Notes under the pieces: generated by a model
Databases searched by the model: none
What the model was told of the DNA's origin: nothing
Seen by the model: the letters and a program-made list of their open reading frames with translations, nothing else
DNA from: Octopus sinensis
Taxonomy: Eukaryota
Direction of reading: 5' to 3'
Assembly (NCBI RefSeq): GCF_006345805.1
Contig: NC_043021.1
Span: 6,634,001-6,698,000 of the forward strand
DNA length: 64,000 bases
Position numbers and translations under genes: made by a program
Shown: positions 13,415-28,393 of the stretch, one piece after another
How positions within the stretch are numbered: the first letter of the stretch is position 1
How the letters are laid out: every line of letters begins with the position of its first letter

Positions 13415-13454
<40 letters not shown>

Positions 13455-15093
13455 CCTACCGATATATCTATTTACCTACCTACCTATCTGTCCGTCTATC
13501 TATCTCCTTGTTTCTATCCGTCTGTATCTATCTATCTATCTTGCTTGTTATTTCTCATGTTCCCTTTCATATGCATTCACTTTACTATTGTCTGACATAA
13601 TAACAATACAATACTTTTTATCTTCTCTATATAATAAATATATAATGGGAACAAAATTGTTGCAGATTAATTCCATTGTTCAATATCATCTGATAAATAC
13701 TAGACATATAAGATAAAAGATTTAAATGATAGAGAAGCTTTTTCATTATAGTCGCTTTGAGATAGTAATTATTATTATTAGTGAGGATTATTTGAATTCA
13801 AATATAACTTCGTTATTTACGTCAGTGCTCACTATTTCCTTTTATGTATTTGTTTGCGAAGACATGCAGCCCAGTGGTAAAGCTATCGCTCTTGCTATCA
13901 TAAGGTCATGGGTTTGATTCCTAAGCAGGGCGGTGCGTTGTGTTCTTGAGAAAAGTACTTCATTTCATGTTTTTCCAGTTCACTCAACGAAAATAAGTGC
14001 CATCCTGGTGCTGGTACAGTTCTCTTTTTGCTCCAGTTGTCATTGGCCTGATTTTCCACTGGGTTAAGGATGAGACGGTCGAGAGGATATCTATGTGGCT
14101 TGTAAATATATGGGCAGCCAAAACAAGTTGTGAAGGTATGGCACATGCTGCCAAATCATACTTGCATGTGATCATAGACATTATATATATATATATATAT
14201 ATAATGTATGGTAGGAAGCTTGCTTCCCAACCATACCGTTCCAGGTTCAGTCCCACTACATGGCACCTTGGGCAGGTGTCTTCAACTATAGCCTTGAACT
14301 GACCAAAGCCTTGTGAGTGGATTTTGTAGATAGAAACTGAAAGAAGCATGTCATCTCTCTCTTTCTCGTATATATATATATATTATATATATATATATAT
14401 GTATGTATAGATGTGTGTGTCTCTTTGTATCTGTATTTGTCCCCTACCGTCACTCAACAACTGGTGTTGGTGTGTTTACATGCCAGTAACTTAGCAGGTC
14501 AGCAAAAGACACCAGTAAAATAAGAATTAGGCTTTAAAAAAAAAATAAGTACAAGGGTCAACTCATTTGACCAATAATATATATGTGAGTGTGTGGGTGC
14601 AATTTTTATTCCACCGATTATAGACTAAAACAGGTTTTCCTAACCTATAAGTATGGGGTACAAAAAAAGTACATCATTGACTAAAAGAAAAACAAGATTT
14701 TCACAGTTCCATGTCTCACAAAAAAAAAAATAATAAATAATAATAATAATTTGATCCCACACATCACCACAAATTTTCTAAGCTCCACCGGTGAGGGATA
14801 TACAGCATGTTGGGAATCACTGGACTAGAGCAACATTGCTCAAGGATGCAATGCATCAACTGGTTAAAGAATTGAACCCACAACCTTATGATTATGAGCC
14901 AAGCACCTTAACCACTGGGCCGCATGCCTTTACTCCATACACACAGAAAATTACATGCATTCCCCACTTCTCTCTATCTGAATCTATGTGCTAGCATTAC
15001 TTAATCATTAAAACTGTTTTTCTCATCTCATTCTGAACTTCCACGCACAGATTTATGTTCATAACTCCTGACAGATATCTGTTTCTGCAAGTG

Positions 15094-15124
<31 letters not shown>

Positions 15125-16802
15125 GTGGTGGATGTGCTAAAATTGAATTTGAAACTTTCTTTCAAGAAATAGCTCAGTATTATATTGCTGTATGGCGATC
15201 TTTGCAAAATCAATTACCTTTTAAAGGCTGGCGCTTGTTCCCTCTGTCTGTTTTACTGAACTGCTAAGTTATAGGGATGTAAACAAACCAACAGCAGTTA
15301 AGTGGTGGTGAGAGGGATAAAGGCACATACACACTTTCTTCCTCTCTCTTCCTTTCTATCTCCCCTCACTCACACACACACACATACACACCATCATCAT
15401 CATTATTTAACGTCCATTGTCCATACTGGCATGAGTTGGTCAGTTTGACCAGAGCTGGCAAGCTGAGGGGCTGCATTAGATTCCAGTTTGACGAAAGAAA
15501 TTGATAGAATAAGTACTAGTCTTTAGGAAAAAATAAGCCCTGGGGGTTAATTTGTTTTGCTAAGATCCTTCAAGGCAGTGCTCTAGCATGGCTGCAGTCA
15601 TATGACCGAAACTAGTAAAAGAATAGAATTATACAGACATATACGTTTGGTTACTTTGGCTGCGTAGTTAGCCTTTTATACTACTTGCCAGATAAGTGTA
15701 CATCTAGTTTAATTGATCCAAAACACTGCTTGAAAGCTCCAAAATATTCTCTGCAAGAATCTGCCATAATGTCTCTGTTATTCTCATTCTGTTTTCAACT
15801 TTATTACATAATACAGCTACTTAGAGTTCTGAAAACAGTGTTTGTTTTAGTCGCATTAGTTTATTTCTTTTTATTTGTTGTCTGTTTTTGCATCAGTTGT
15901 TTGTGGTATTTTTTGCCTTCCATATATCTCTTTGTGGTTTGTTTATTGTCATTGTTGTTCTTCTTCTTCACACTCGACTTTCGATAATTGTTGTATATCT
16001 GATATTTTAAAATGTAGAACACCCGTCAGCACTTGTGTAATACCCACAAGTTTTGGTTAACTTACTTATATGGCAATCTGTATCTTGCTTGTCTGTCCCC
16101 CCACCACACACACACTTTTGGATGTACAAATGGGAGGAGAAGTGATTATATATGTAAGAGCTTATCTGTTCAAAATTGATAATTCATTTGGTTACTACTG
16201 CAACAATTTTGCTTTTTGCATTCATCTGAGCATGCATATATACACACACACACAATCATCATCATCATGTGTCCATTTTTCCATTTTTGCATGAGAAAGA
16301 ATTTTTTATGGGTTGATGTCCCTCCAGTCACCAGCCCTCACCTGTTTCCATTCCCCATAGACAGACATTTTTCATGGAAGACTGGTAATGAACAACGCCA
16401 CCTGTGTGTTAGTGATACTTGTTTACAATCATCATATGTGAAGACAAGGGCACACACACACACACATGCACGCAATAGGCTTCTTTCAGTTTTCATTAAC
16501 CAAATCCACTCACAAGGTTTTGGTTAACCTTGGACTATAGTAGACAACATTTGCCCATGATGCCACTTCAGCAGTGATTACATATATACAAGCATATATA
16601 TTTGAGGTTTGCTATTACAATTTGTATGAATCTAGCAGTTTGTGTAACACTTCTGTTCTAGCTTGGGTCACCTAAACAAACCAACCTACTTTGCTTTATT
16701 GTTTGTCTTTGAAGCTGTTACCACTGAAGAGAAAAATACAAAATAGTGTCTTCATGTAATATCATCAGATTTATCTTAAAATCTCAGTTTTTGTTTGTGT
16801 AC

Positions 16803-16845
<43 letters not shown>

Positions 16846-17631
16846 AAAAGGCGAGGAACTGTTTTTCTGGCTTTCAGCCAAAGAAAGATCATAGTCATTT
16901 GTTGTTAAGATTGATAATGGTTTTCTGGCATAGAAAACCAACCAAGCTTTGACCTTTATTTAATACTATCCATCAACTTTCTACAAGAAATTTATGACTC
17001 TGATCATTTGTCTCAATCAATACCAAAACGTTGTTGTGTACCCTGGGTCAGGTTTGATTGATTGAGCCAGCTTGTTGCATGTAAGTTGACCTAGCATGTA
17101 GGTTTGATCTATAGTTCTGGATATGCTGAAAGACCATCTACTTTTGAGGGCCATGTTACACATTTGAACATGCAGTGTTGCAATCTAAACGTGTTGTATT
17201 TCCTTCAGTCGGTTTATATGTGCCAACATTTTGGTTGTGTTGAGATGTTAGGCTCTGTAATTATATTCCCGTCTAAACCCTAAAATTTCAATGTTTCCAC
17301 AATGAGCTCACTTCAAGAATCATAAAAATCGAGATGATATTTTCAAAATGGCACAGCAGTTGGTAACCAAATCCGAGGCACAGGCATTGCTGTGTGGTAA
17401 GAAGTTTGCTTCCTAGCCACATGGTTCAGTCACCGCATGGCACCTTCAGCATGTGGCCTCTTGTGAGTGGAAACTGAAAGAAGCCCATTGTATATGTGTG
17501 TGTTACTGTTTCTTTGCCTCGACATCATGTAATAGTGGTGTCATTGATATGCAAGTCGTGTCCTCTGTTTTCAATTTTCTGAGAATATGTCCAGTCATCG
17601 CAAAATATTACCTTACTTAGAAACTAATACT

Positions 17632-17863
17632 ACTTATTTCTTTACTACCCACAAGGGGCTAAACACAGAGGGGACAAACAAGGACAGACATAGGTATTAA
17701 GTCGATTACATCGACCCCAGTGCGCAACTGGTACTTAATTTATCGGCCCCCGAAAGTATGAAAGGCAAAGTCAACCTCAGCGGAATTTGAACTCACAACG
17801 TTACGCCAGACGAAATACCGCTAAGCATTTCGCCCGGCACGCTAACGTTTCTGCCAGCTCGCC
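17632..17863 (-). mobile_element. SINE family D
   Basis: Reverse complement of 9836-10064. Confidence 0.8.
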
Positions 17864-18439
17864 GTGGTAAAACTGAGCCCAAGACCACACGGTTGGGAAG
17901 CAAGCTTCTCAATCAAACAGCCATACCTATTGTTATAGTAAATTACATAAACCTTGCTAACTCCTTGTCTTATCATCCACCATCATTGCAAGGTTTGTTT
18001 TCTTTGTTACCATTCTTCATTTAGAACGCATTGTTTATCGACATTCCTTTACAAGCTTCTTACTCTTCCACTTTGTCTTGCTGGGTTTCTTTGCTTTTCT
18101 TCTTCTTTTTTTTTTCTGTTGCGGCATCATTCTGTTATGAATTTCTTCGCACTTATGTTTGTTTCAGTAGAAAGTAGCTCTGTGGAGTGCCCGAGAAGGA
18201 GGCCTTGCTCATTAACTTCGAAAGCATTTATTAAAAGCCGAAAGAGTATTTCGGAGTTGTACTGCTTTGGTATGAGACTTGATCTGAGAATGTTTGTTGA
18301 TATTAAGAATTATGTTAGCCATTTGAAGCACACACACACACACCTAGATACCTACTTTATGTATATATGCAGTGTGCATGCATATATCAATCTATCTATC
18401 TATCTATATATATATATATATATATATATAGATATATAT

Positions 18440-18601
18440 CCTTTTTTCTCTCCTTGTTTCTTTTCTGTGTATCTTTCTGTCGAAGAGCGTAGGCTCGAAA
18501 TGTAAAAGACTTTTCTTTTTCTATTCCTGAGCGTTATACTAATACACTTGTTTGTTTGTACCCCATGCCTTCGTCTTTTGTTTATGTTTGTAAACTTTCC
18601 G

Positions 18602-18606
<5 letters not shown>
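18440..18606 (+). mobile_element. (TA)n-embedded short element with hammerhead-like motif, family P2
   Basis: TA tracts on both sides; motif at 18472-18509; shares TTCCTGAGC and TAATAC downstream with family P1. Confidence 0.6.
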
Positions 18607-18652
<46 letters not shown>

Positions 18653-19266
18653 CATTATCATTTAATGGATGTTAAATGATGACCTATATATGCAAACACA
18701 TTACTAACTGTATCCAAATTCACTGGCCCTTTTGAGTTATTTTCTTCTGGTTCCTTTCTGTTTTAATTATGCAAATTTCCTTCGGCCAAGATTGTTCACT
18801 ACTCTTTTGTATATATGTCAACCTGTCTAAATGTGTTTGCAGACAAGAAGTCAATATTATATAAATGTTGTCTATTGAAGCAGAAACAATGTCCATGTCT
18901 GCTCTTTGTTTCCAAAACAACAAAATACAAATGTCCTTTTGTCTTTGCATATTAATTCATTTCTTGACAATATCTTTTATTCTGACTCGGTCACTAACAA
19001 TCACTTTTAGTTTTACCTTTTCATCCACAAAGAAAAATTTTGATATTTGGTATACCTTCGGTCAAACTGTTATCCTGATGCAAAATTTTAATATAAACGG
19101 AAGCATCACTAACACATCTCTTGAATTTTTGTTGATGAACTGAAAAGTGAAATGTGGATTTGTCGAGTGTCTACTTTAAGCTTTATATTGAGTACATTTT
19201 TTACTCATGTTTGTATGCAATAAAATGCATGCATGTGTGTATGTGTATATATATATATATATATAT

Positions 19267-19472
19267 TTTCAAAATGTGACCGCGTGTGTACGTTGGCGAT
19301 TTTTTTTTCCTCTGTCTTCCCTTCTCTGGATCTGTCCTTCTATGTTTCCGACGAAGAGCTCCGCTCGAAAGTATAAGCCCTCCTTCTTTCCTTCTTTCCT
19401 GAGCATCCAATAATACTATATTTGTTCCACGTCCCGCGTTGTTGTGTTTTTTGTGCTTTCTTGTTTGGATTA

Positions 19473-19475
<3 letters not shown>
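19267..19475 (+). mobile_element. (TA)n-embedded element family P1, second copy
   Basis: Reverse complement homologue of 2083-2293; motif at 19344-19378. Confidence 0.65.
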
Positions 19476-19507
<32 letters not shown>

Positions 19508-19825
19508 TGATAATAAGGAGAATGAAGAATTTGGAACACTCTAACTTTGGTTATTTCCAGTTAGTTTATTCATGGTAATTGTCTGACATGTGTTTCAATT
19601 GCATTAACTGCATATTGTTGCATTTTTATATGCAGTGATTTATACATTATTAGTACAATCTCTTGAGGGTGTATAAGTATGACATTGTTCAAAGTCTACC
19701 AAAAAACGCACCATCTGAAGGAACCAGTCTTGTCATTTTACTAAGAGAAATTCGGCATCTGCCTGGATATTGTACCCCTTCTCTTACCATATGTGTGTGT
19801 GTACGTAGTTGTATGTATATGCATA

Positions 19826-19866
<41 letters not shown>

Positions 19867-20769
19867 TTTGTATGTACATGCTGAAATTGTGTGTGTGTCT
19901 GTGTGTTTGCTTGTTTTGAATTTTGTGTGCTAGTTGTAAAATGTGCATCACTGTTATACAAGCAGTGTCCTTCCATTTCCAGTCTTCTTCTTGAAGAAAT
20001 ATTACCCTGCTTTGAAATGTGTGAGGGTCGGTGACAGGAAGGGCATTTGGCTGTAAAAAAAATCAGCCTCAGTGAATTCCATCTGGCCCATGCAACGCTT
20101 TGAAAATTGGACATTAAATGATGGTGATGTTGATGATGGGATATATAATGGGCAATTGCAGTGTTAATTGTGATAATCATTTAAACATTTGTATATATTT
20201 GTTTGTTTGTTTGTTATAGTGTGTGATAGTATAACATTGTTGATAATGTGGTTCACTGGTACTTTATTCCACCGTAAACCTGAAGAGATAGAGTGACAAG
20301 ATGTTATGAAGGATATTAATTAGAGAGAGAGAGAGAGAGGTGGGTAGACAGAGACACACAGATCATAGCTTACATAATAAAGGATGTTATTATCGTGGCT
20401 TGTTCTTAGTTTCTAACCTAACCGATTTTTTTTTGTTTTTTGTTTTTTTTTAATGCTGGCTGCATGATAAATCTGCTTGACCTACACACATACACATGTG
20501 CATATTTCATTCGCTTTGCTATTAAGCTTTCAAGCTGCAGGCGTCCCTTCGTATTCCCCAACCCTCACCAGTCATTGTCATGTATGTGTATGTGTGTGTG
20601 TGTGTGTACAAACATGTAGACATGCACTGCTTTGAAAGGTTGTCAAAGTTTTCACAAAGTGCAAATTTAATTTCTAGTTATTTGTTGGTCACTGTGAATG
20701 TGTGTGAATCGAGGATTATATGTATGTATGTATGTAAGTAAGTATGTGTGTGTGTGTGTCTGTCTGTCT

Positions 20770-20939
20770 GTGTCTGTCCCCCCAATACCACTTGACAACC
20801 GATGCTGGTGTGTTTGCGTCCCTTGATAGAATAAGTACTAGGCTTACAAAGAATAAGTCCTGAAGTCGATTTGCTCGACTAAAAGGCTGTGCTCCAGCAT
20901 GGCCAGTCAAATGACTGAAACAAGTAAAAGTGTAAAAGA
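20770..20939 (+). mobile_element. SINE family A, 3' half with internal deletion
   Basis: CTTGACAACCGATGCTGGTG...GACTGAAACAAGTAAAAG. Confidence 0.8.
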
Positions 20940-21404
20940 ATACTTACATATTGATATACGTGTGTGTGTATATATATAATCCAGATTAAATGATTAAAAA
21001 AAAAAACACTCTTTCATTAAACAAGTTCGTACATATAAAGTACGTACTTATCGGTTTAGATGTAGATTTTACTCCTGAAGATGCTGTAATAAGGCAGGAA
21101 AGCGCAATCTTGTTATGTACAAGATCCCAAAATGTAATTGTGTGGGTGTTATGGTGGTCTTAAACCAATATTCTACAATGCTTTGTAAATGGAAACCGGT
21201 AGATTTCATTTGCAAGACATTGGTCAGCCTTTGGTTTGTGCTCTGCAACAGTTCCCCAAAATGCTATATACGTCAGGATTGAACTGGGAATCACAACACT
21301 GCAAATCAAAGTTTATTACCATACAGCCATTATACCATGCAGATTTAGTTAAACATTGCTAATAATCTTTTCTTTGTTAAAGAACATTAAATCTCCAACA
21401 CACG

Positions 21405-21860
21405 CAAAGTGTGTGTGTATACGCATATATGAATATATATGTGTGTGTGTGTATACACATATATGAATATATATGTGTGTGTGTATTACACATATATGAA
21501 TATATATGTGTGTGTGTATACACATATATGAATATATATATGTGTGTGTATACACATATATGAATATATATATGTGTGTGTATACACATATATGAATATA
21601 TATGTGTGTGTATATACACATATATGAATATATGTGTGTGTGTATACACATATATGTGTGTGTGTATATACATATATGAATATATATGTGTATGTGTATA
21701 CACATATATGAATATATATGTGTGTGTGTATACACATATATGAATATATATGTGTGTGTATACACATATATGAATATATATGTGTGTGTGTATACACATA
21801 TATGAATATATATGTGTGTGTGTATACACATATATGAATATACATGTGTGTGTGTATATA
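21405..21860. repeat. Minisatellite of about 14 self-complementary 30-34 bp units (ACACATATAT-GAAT-ATATATGTGT)
   Basis: 13 GAA-containing units counted plus one lacking GAA. Confidence 0.9.
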
Positions 21861-22189
21861 CATGCACACACACACATACATACACATAATACTTTGTGTT
21901 GTGTTTGTGAGTGAAGAAAAATTGCTTTTTAAATCGTTCAGTAAATTTGAAAGTTATTTTTAGCTGAGAGATTTGACTTTCCAAAGATTTACTCTTAATA
22001 AGCTCAAGATTATTTCAACTATTTACGTAAATTCCTCAGTGTATGGAGGAAGAAAACATAATTTTGGTTTTGTTGTTCTAAATTCTAAACTGTTGCTTCT
22101 TTGGCAGTTCTCTGCGAGTTGTCGTAATTGCCTCAATAGTCTTTATGATATTTCTGTATTTATCTTTATTTCCCTCCTTCATTGTGTGT

Positions 22190-22308
22190 GTATATATCTA
22201 TATTCTGTGTGTATATATCTCTATCTATCTATATCTATCTATCTATCTATCTATCTATATATATATATATGCATGGAAGGTATACATTAAACAATGATGA
22301 TCTGTATG

Positions 22309-22341
<33 letters not shown>

Positions 22342-22429
22342 ATATGTATATATATATATACATATATATAATATACACATATATACATACATATATATAT
22401 ATTATATATATACACACATATATACATAC

Positions 22430-22471
<42 letters not shown>

Positions 22472-22562
22472 TATATACATACATATATATATATATTATA
22501 CACACATATATACATACATATATATAATATAATATATATATATAATATACACACACACATAT

Positions 22563-22595
<33 letters not shown>

Positions 22596-22705
22596 CATAC
22601 ATATTATATATTATATATATATATATAATATTATATCTGCATGGAAGGCAGACATTAAACAATGATGATCTGTTGTAGATATATATATATATATATATTT
22701 ATATA
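22190..22705. repeat. Compound (TA)n/(CA)n microsatellite
   Basis: Direct inspection; source of several spurious I/Y/H/T-rich ORFs. Confidence 0.9.
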
Positions 22706-23884
22706 TTTGCCTAAAACCAATGTTTGCATTCTAATGATGTTTCAATCCTAATGTATATTTATCTCTCTGTAAACTTCTCCATCCCCTCTTCATATCAGTT
22801 GCTGAAGAATTTAAAAGTGCCAAAATACATTCTTCAGGAAAATTTGCTTTGTCTTTTATGTCCGTTTTTGTGTGTATCAATTGTTATACTGATTGGATGG
22901 GACTGTTAGCACCTTTCATACTATGTCTGATTCACCTGCTGGAAGTGAAAGCAAAAATAGAAAAGAAGAAAACCTCCTGTTTTAGTCTGAGTTCCAACTC
23001 CATTTTAACCCTTTCGTTGCCATATTTCTGTTGATATGCAGTGCTTCCGTTTCTATTAATTTTGATAATAATGAAGAATTTAATAAAATGATTTTGTCAT
23101 TATTAAGCTGGTGTTTGGAACTTAAATTAACATGAAATTATTAGGGAAAGTTTTAATTTAGATCACTTCGAAACTGGAAGTTTGTATCATCGAACCAAGG
23201 GTAGTCTCAGGCAGGTCAGTGTCTCCATTTTCAAAGAGGTATGGGAGGAATTGCCGCAAGGGTCAAAATGATTTGACTTTAATGCTCCCACCCATTGCTG
23301 CCACAACCAGCTTTCTGGTCCTGTAAGCCTATGTTAGAAATTAACAAAATTATTATTATGTAAGTTGTAAGTTGGCGGAATCATTAGCATGCCAGACAAA
23401 ATGCTTAGTGGCATTTCGTCAGTCTTTATGTTGTGAGTTCAAATTCTGCTGAAGTCAACTTTGCTATCTCATCCTTATGGGTTGATGTAATCAACTTACC
23501 CACTTCACAAAATTGCTGGCCTCATGTCAAAATTTGCAGCTATTATTATTTTGCACTTGTGATTTAAAAAGGTAATATAAAAGAAGAAAGGGGCTCTCTA
23601 CCTGCCTTTTGACCAGGCTCCCGTTGGCTTTTATGGTTTTTTTCCACCAGGAACCTTTTGTAACGCCTCCCCCTATTGGGAGTTTTTCGTTGTTAAACTG
23701 CTTTTTACTGATTTTTTTTTCACAAACGGACAAAACCCTTTGTAATCTTTCATCCTGTTTTTGTCCCCTTTTTGTTATAATTAATTTTTGTCAGCCCTTG
23801 TGGCCAATAAAAGAATTAATTATTATTATTATTATAATCTAATACAATGTTCTTTTTTCTTCTGTCTTTGCAGGCCCCCCCTAA

Positions 23885-24997
<1,113 letters not shown>

Positions 24998-25824
24998 TAA
25001 GCGTTCTTGAATTTTTTTTTTTGTTATTTGTTTAGGTTTTATTTTGTATTTCCATAGTCATTGTTGTTCTTGATATTTAGCTCTTGATTGAGCAGACCTA
25101 TAATCAGAGGCATTGCAGCTATGACCCTTATGGGTTTTTTTTTGTATGTAAAACTACATTTTCCTTCTTGGAATTTTATGGAAATTTTAGCTTCTATTTT
25201 TAGCAGGCTATGAGACCTCAAACACGGTCTCATTTTATGAGGCTCAAACATTGATTCCTATTCACTTGGTACTGAGTGTGCAGTGGACAACTGTATCAGC
25301 AGAGCATCGGGGGCAGGGCTGACAAAATCAATAGAACATCAGTGCAGTGGATGACAATCTGTAGAGAATTTAATTATTACATGACAGAATTAAGGATTAG
25401 TCAAAATACTTTGTGATAGTTTGTAACAGCTCTTTGGGTTCAATTCTTGCTCAGATTTACCTTTTATGATTTTAAGATAGAATTGTTATTAATCTACAAG
25501 TGCTGAATGAAGCTAACTGTACCTAAAGATATGGTACCTCTGTATGGCCCCAGTCTAATGACTGGAGCTTTTTAAAAGAGTAATGCACCAAAAGAATAAA
25601 TATACCTCTTTTTGCCAAATATTTTTCAAAACCCTCTTGATTTCTTTCTGATTATTTTGGCCAGCAAAAGCAATTGCTTGGTATTTCATCCTAAAAAAAC
25701 TTGGGGTTTACATAAGAATTGACAAAAAACAATTAAAATGAACAAAAAGGAGAAAAACACATCTTAATGTAGACAATAAGAATTCAGTAATTCTAGACAC
25801 AGATATATGTTTGTGTGTGTATAT

Positions 25825-25858
<34 letters not shown>

Positions 25859-26819
25859 ATAATGATATTTACTGGCACAGCTTAAGACACATATAGGTCG
25901 TGATTGTAAATGTCACATAATAAGTTGCCAAGATATTTGCATTAAGCATTTGTGTTTTGCTCATCTGACAATTATTCAGGTATTTGTGAATATGAAAATT
26001 TAGGCCACAATGTGTAGCCACTAGAAGTATTATTTCTCATTGTGTGTTTCGCTCTATGGATTTTTCTTTGTGTTAATACCTATAATTAAAATTATATATG
26101 TACATCTATGCATTTAGGTATGTCGCATATTATGTGTACAGCAGGCACGTGCCATCGGTAATTGCTCAGGGTAGGCAGTTTGGTGACCTTGATGTAGTAA
26201 AAGACGCAAAAAAATAAGCGAAACAGTGGTGCGTGACAGAGTTGAGGGCAGATTTACTTCTGCCTTTATAGCATGTAAAGAAAACGGTGTTGTAGGAGTG
26301 TATGCAGCATATGTACTACAGCAGTATTATGTGTAGCTTAAATAGTGAGATTGGAAAGCAGGTGTGAATTATCTACAAAAACATTAGATATTTTGTATTT
26401 TATATGCATAGTAATTAGAGTAACCTTCATAATTTTATTGAATTATGTGCATATTTTGCCATAAAAATGAAAATGTTGCTATTGATCTATTTTATTCAAG
26501 GTAGGCATTGTCTACCTTGAATGTATATGTGTACATAGGTATGTGTGTGTGTACATATGTATTTATGTGTAAATCCAAAATATTAAAAAAATAAAATTTT
26601 TTTAAATCAGGAAAAACCCAACAGAACTCAATTAGATGCAGACAATGAATGTATTAGATTGATGATCAGTGAAAATTTTAGATGGAAAAATAGGAGGGGT
26701 AATGAAGTTCCTAGTATGGTCCTTCATTGGAAGGAAGAAGAAAAGACGGAAGGCACAGACAGTCCAGAAAGATGCATCTGTTGTTACATTGCCAAAAATA
26801 ATAGACACACACAAACACA

Positions 26820-27046
26820 CGAGGTGGAGCAGAAAAGTTCCTGGCTTTTGGTAAAAGAAAATACAGGAGGATCAGTGGATCAGTTAATTATGATTTTATT
26901 CAATGTTATTCCCCTCTCAGGTTCACACACTTACTGCAGTGGCCCTACAGTTTTTCTCGGCCCTGTGAATGAACTCAGAAAGTTGGGCCTCTAACCAAGC
27001 CTTTCATGATACCCTTAAAGCCAGGAACTTTTCAGCATTCCCCTCA
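26820..27046. mobile_element. Mariner-type MITE
   Basis: TIRs CGAGG..G..GAAAAGTTCCTGGCTTT / AAAGCCAGGAACTTTTCAGCA..CCCTCA, followed by TA; second copy at 50221-50764. Confidence 0.75.
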
Positions 27047-27200
27047 TATTTGTATATGTATGTATGTAGTATGTATGTATATACACTGTGTGTATGTGTG
27101 TAGCAGTAATATTGATACAATAATACAAAAATGCTTAATACATGAATCTTATAAACAAATATATTGAAACAAATCCTTGGCTGCAAATAATTTTATGCTA

Positions 27201-27592
27201 TACTCTTTTGCTCTTTTACTTGTTTCAGTCATTTGACTGTGGCCATGCTGGAGCACCGCCTTTAGTCGAGCAAATCGACCCCAGGACTTATTCGTTGTAA
27301 GCCTAGTACTTATTCTATCGGTCTCTTTTGCCGAACCTCTAAGTTACGGGGACGTGAACGCACCAGCATTGGTTGTCGAGCGATGTTGGGAGGACAAACA
27401 CAAACACACACATATATCTATATACATATACATGATTGGCTTCTTTCGGTTTCCGTCTACCAAATCCACTCACAAGGCTTTGGTCGGCCCGAGGCTATAG
27501 TAGAAGACACTTGCCCAAAGTGCCACGCAGTGGGACTGAACCCAGAACCATGTGGTTGGTAAGCAAGCTACTTACCACACAGCCACTCCTGC
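27201..27592 (-). mobile_element. SINE family A
   Basis: Near-identical reverse copy. Confidence 0.9.
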
Positions 27593-28004
27593 TATGTCAA
27601 CAAAAATATAATTGATTAATCAAAGGGGTTTGAAATTGTTCAAGAATAGACAGACATTATCATTGCCTTGGTTGTTCCACACATTGAGAAATTTTTGAGT
27701 AAGTTCAAAACCACGCTTAACCTTTCAGCATTTAACCTGGCCATATCCAGCCCAGGTGCTCTGCATGTTTTATATTGAAACTGATCTGATCTAACCTCTC
27801 ACACCTATCTTACAATGTCATTCTAATAATATATTAACTAGCACACCGCTGGAATTTCAGAGCTACAAGATAGTGCATGGTTAATTCAAAACAATATGAA
27901 TTGATAAGAAATACATTTGACTAAGAACTCTGAATGCTAAGGGGTTAAGCATCGTGTCCTTTATCTATTGACTCTGTCTGTGTGTGTGTCTGTCTGTCTG
28001 TCTG

Positions 28005-28043
<39 letters not shown>

Positions 28044-28140
28044 AAGGTTTTTATGTGTACAGAAGAGCGCTCAGAGATATGGTAAGTTTTCAACCTTGCT
28101 GATGATTGTTGATATAACACAAAACCATTAAGGTCACAGG

Positions 28141-28255
<115 letters not shown>

Positions 28256-28343
28256 GTATGTATGTGTGTGTGTGCATGTGTATGTATGTATGTGTGTGGC
28301 GTGTGTATATATATATATATGTGTGTGTATGTATATATATGTA

Positions 28344-28393
<50 letters not shown>

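Noticed and set aside
21349-22662. ORFs of 77-211 aa rich in I/Y/H/T/C/V
   Set aside because: Translations of TA/CA micro- and minisatellites; the same applies near 10446, 27965-28568 and 32710-33576.
24998-25000. Stop codon ending HIPK at 369 aa
   Set aside because: The TAA lies within the GTAAG donor; the kinase domain must continue in later exons.
26494-26522. 13 bp hairpin ATTCAAGGTAGGC-ATT-GTCTACCTTGAAT as miRNA or terminator
   Set aside because: Too short for a pre-miRNA and terminators of this kind do not apply; no second copy seen.
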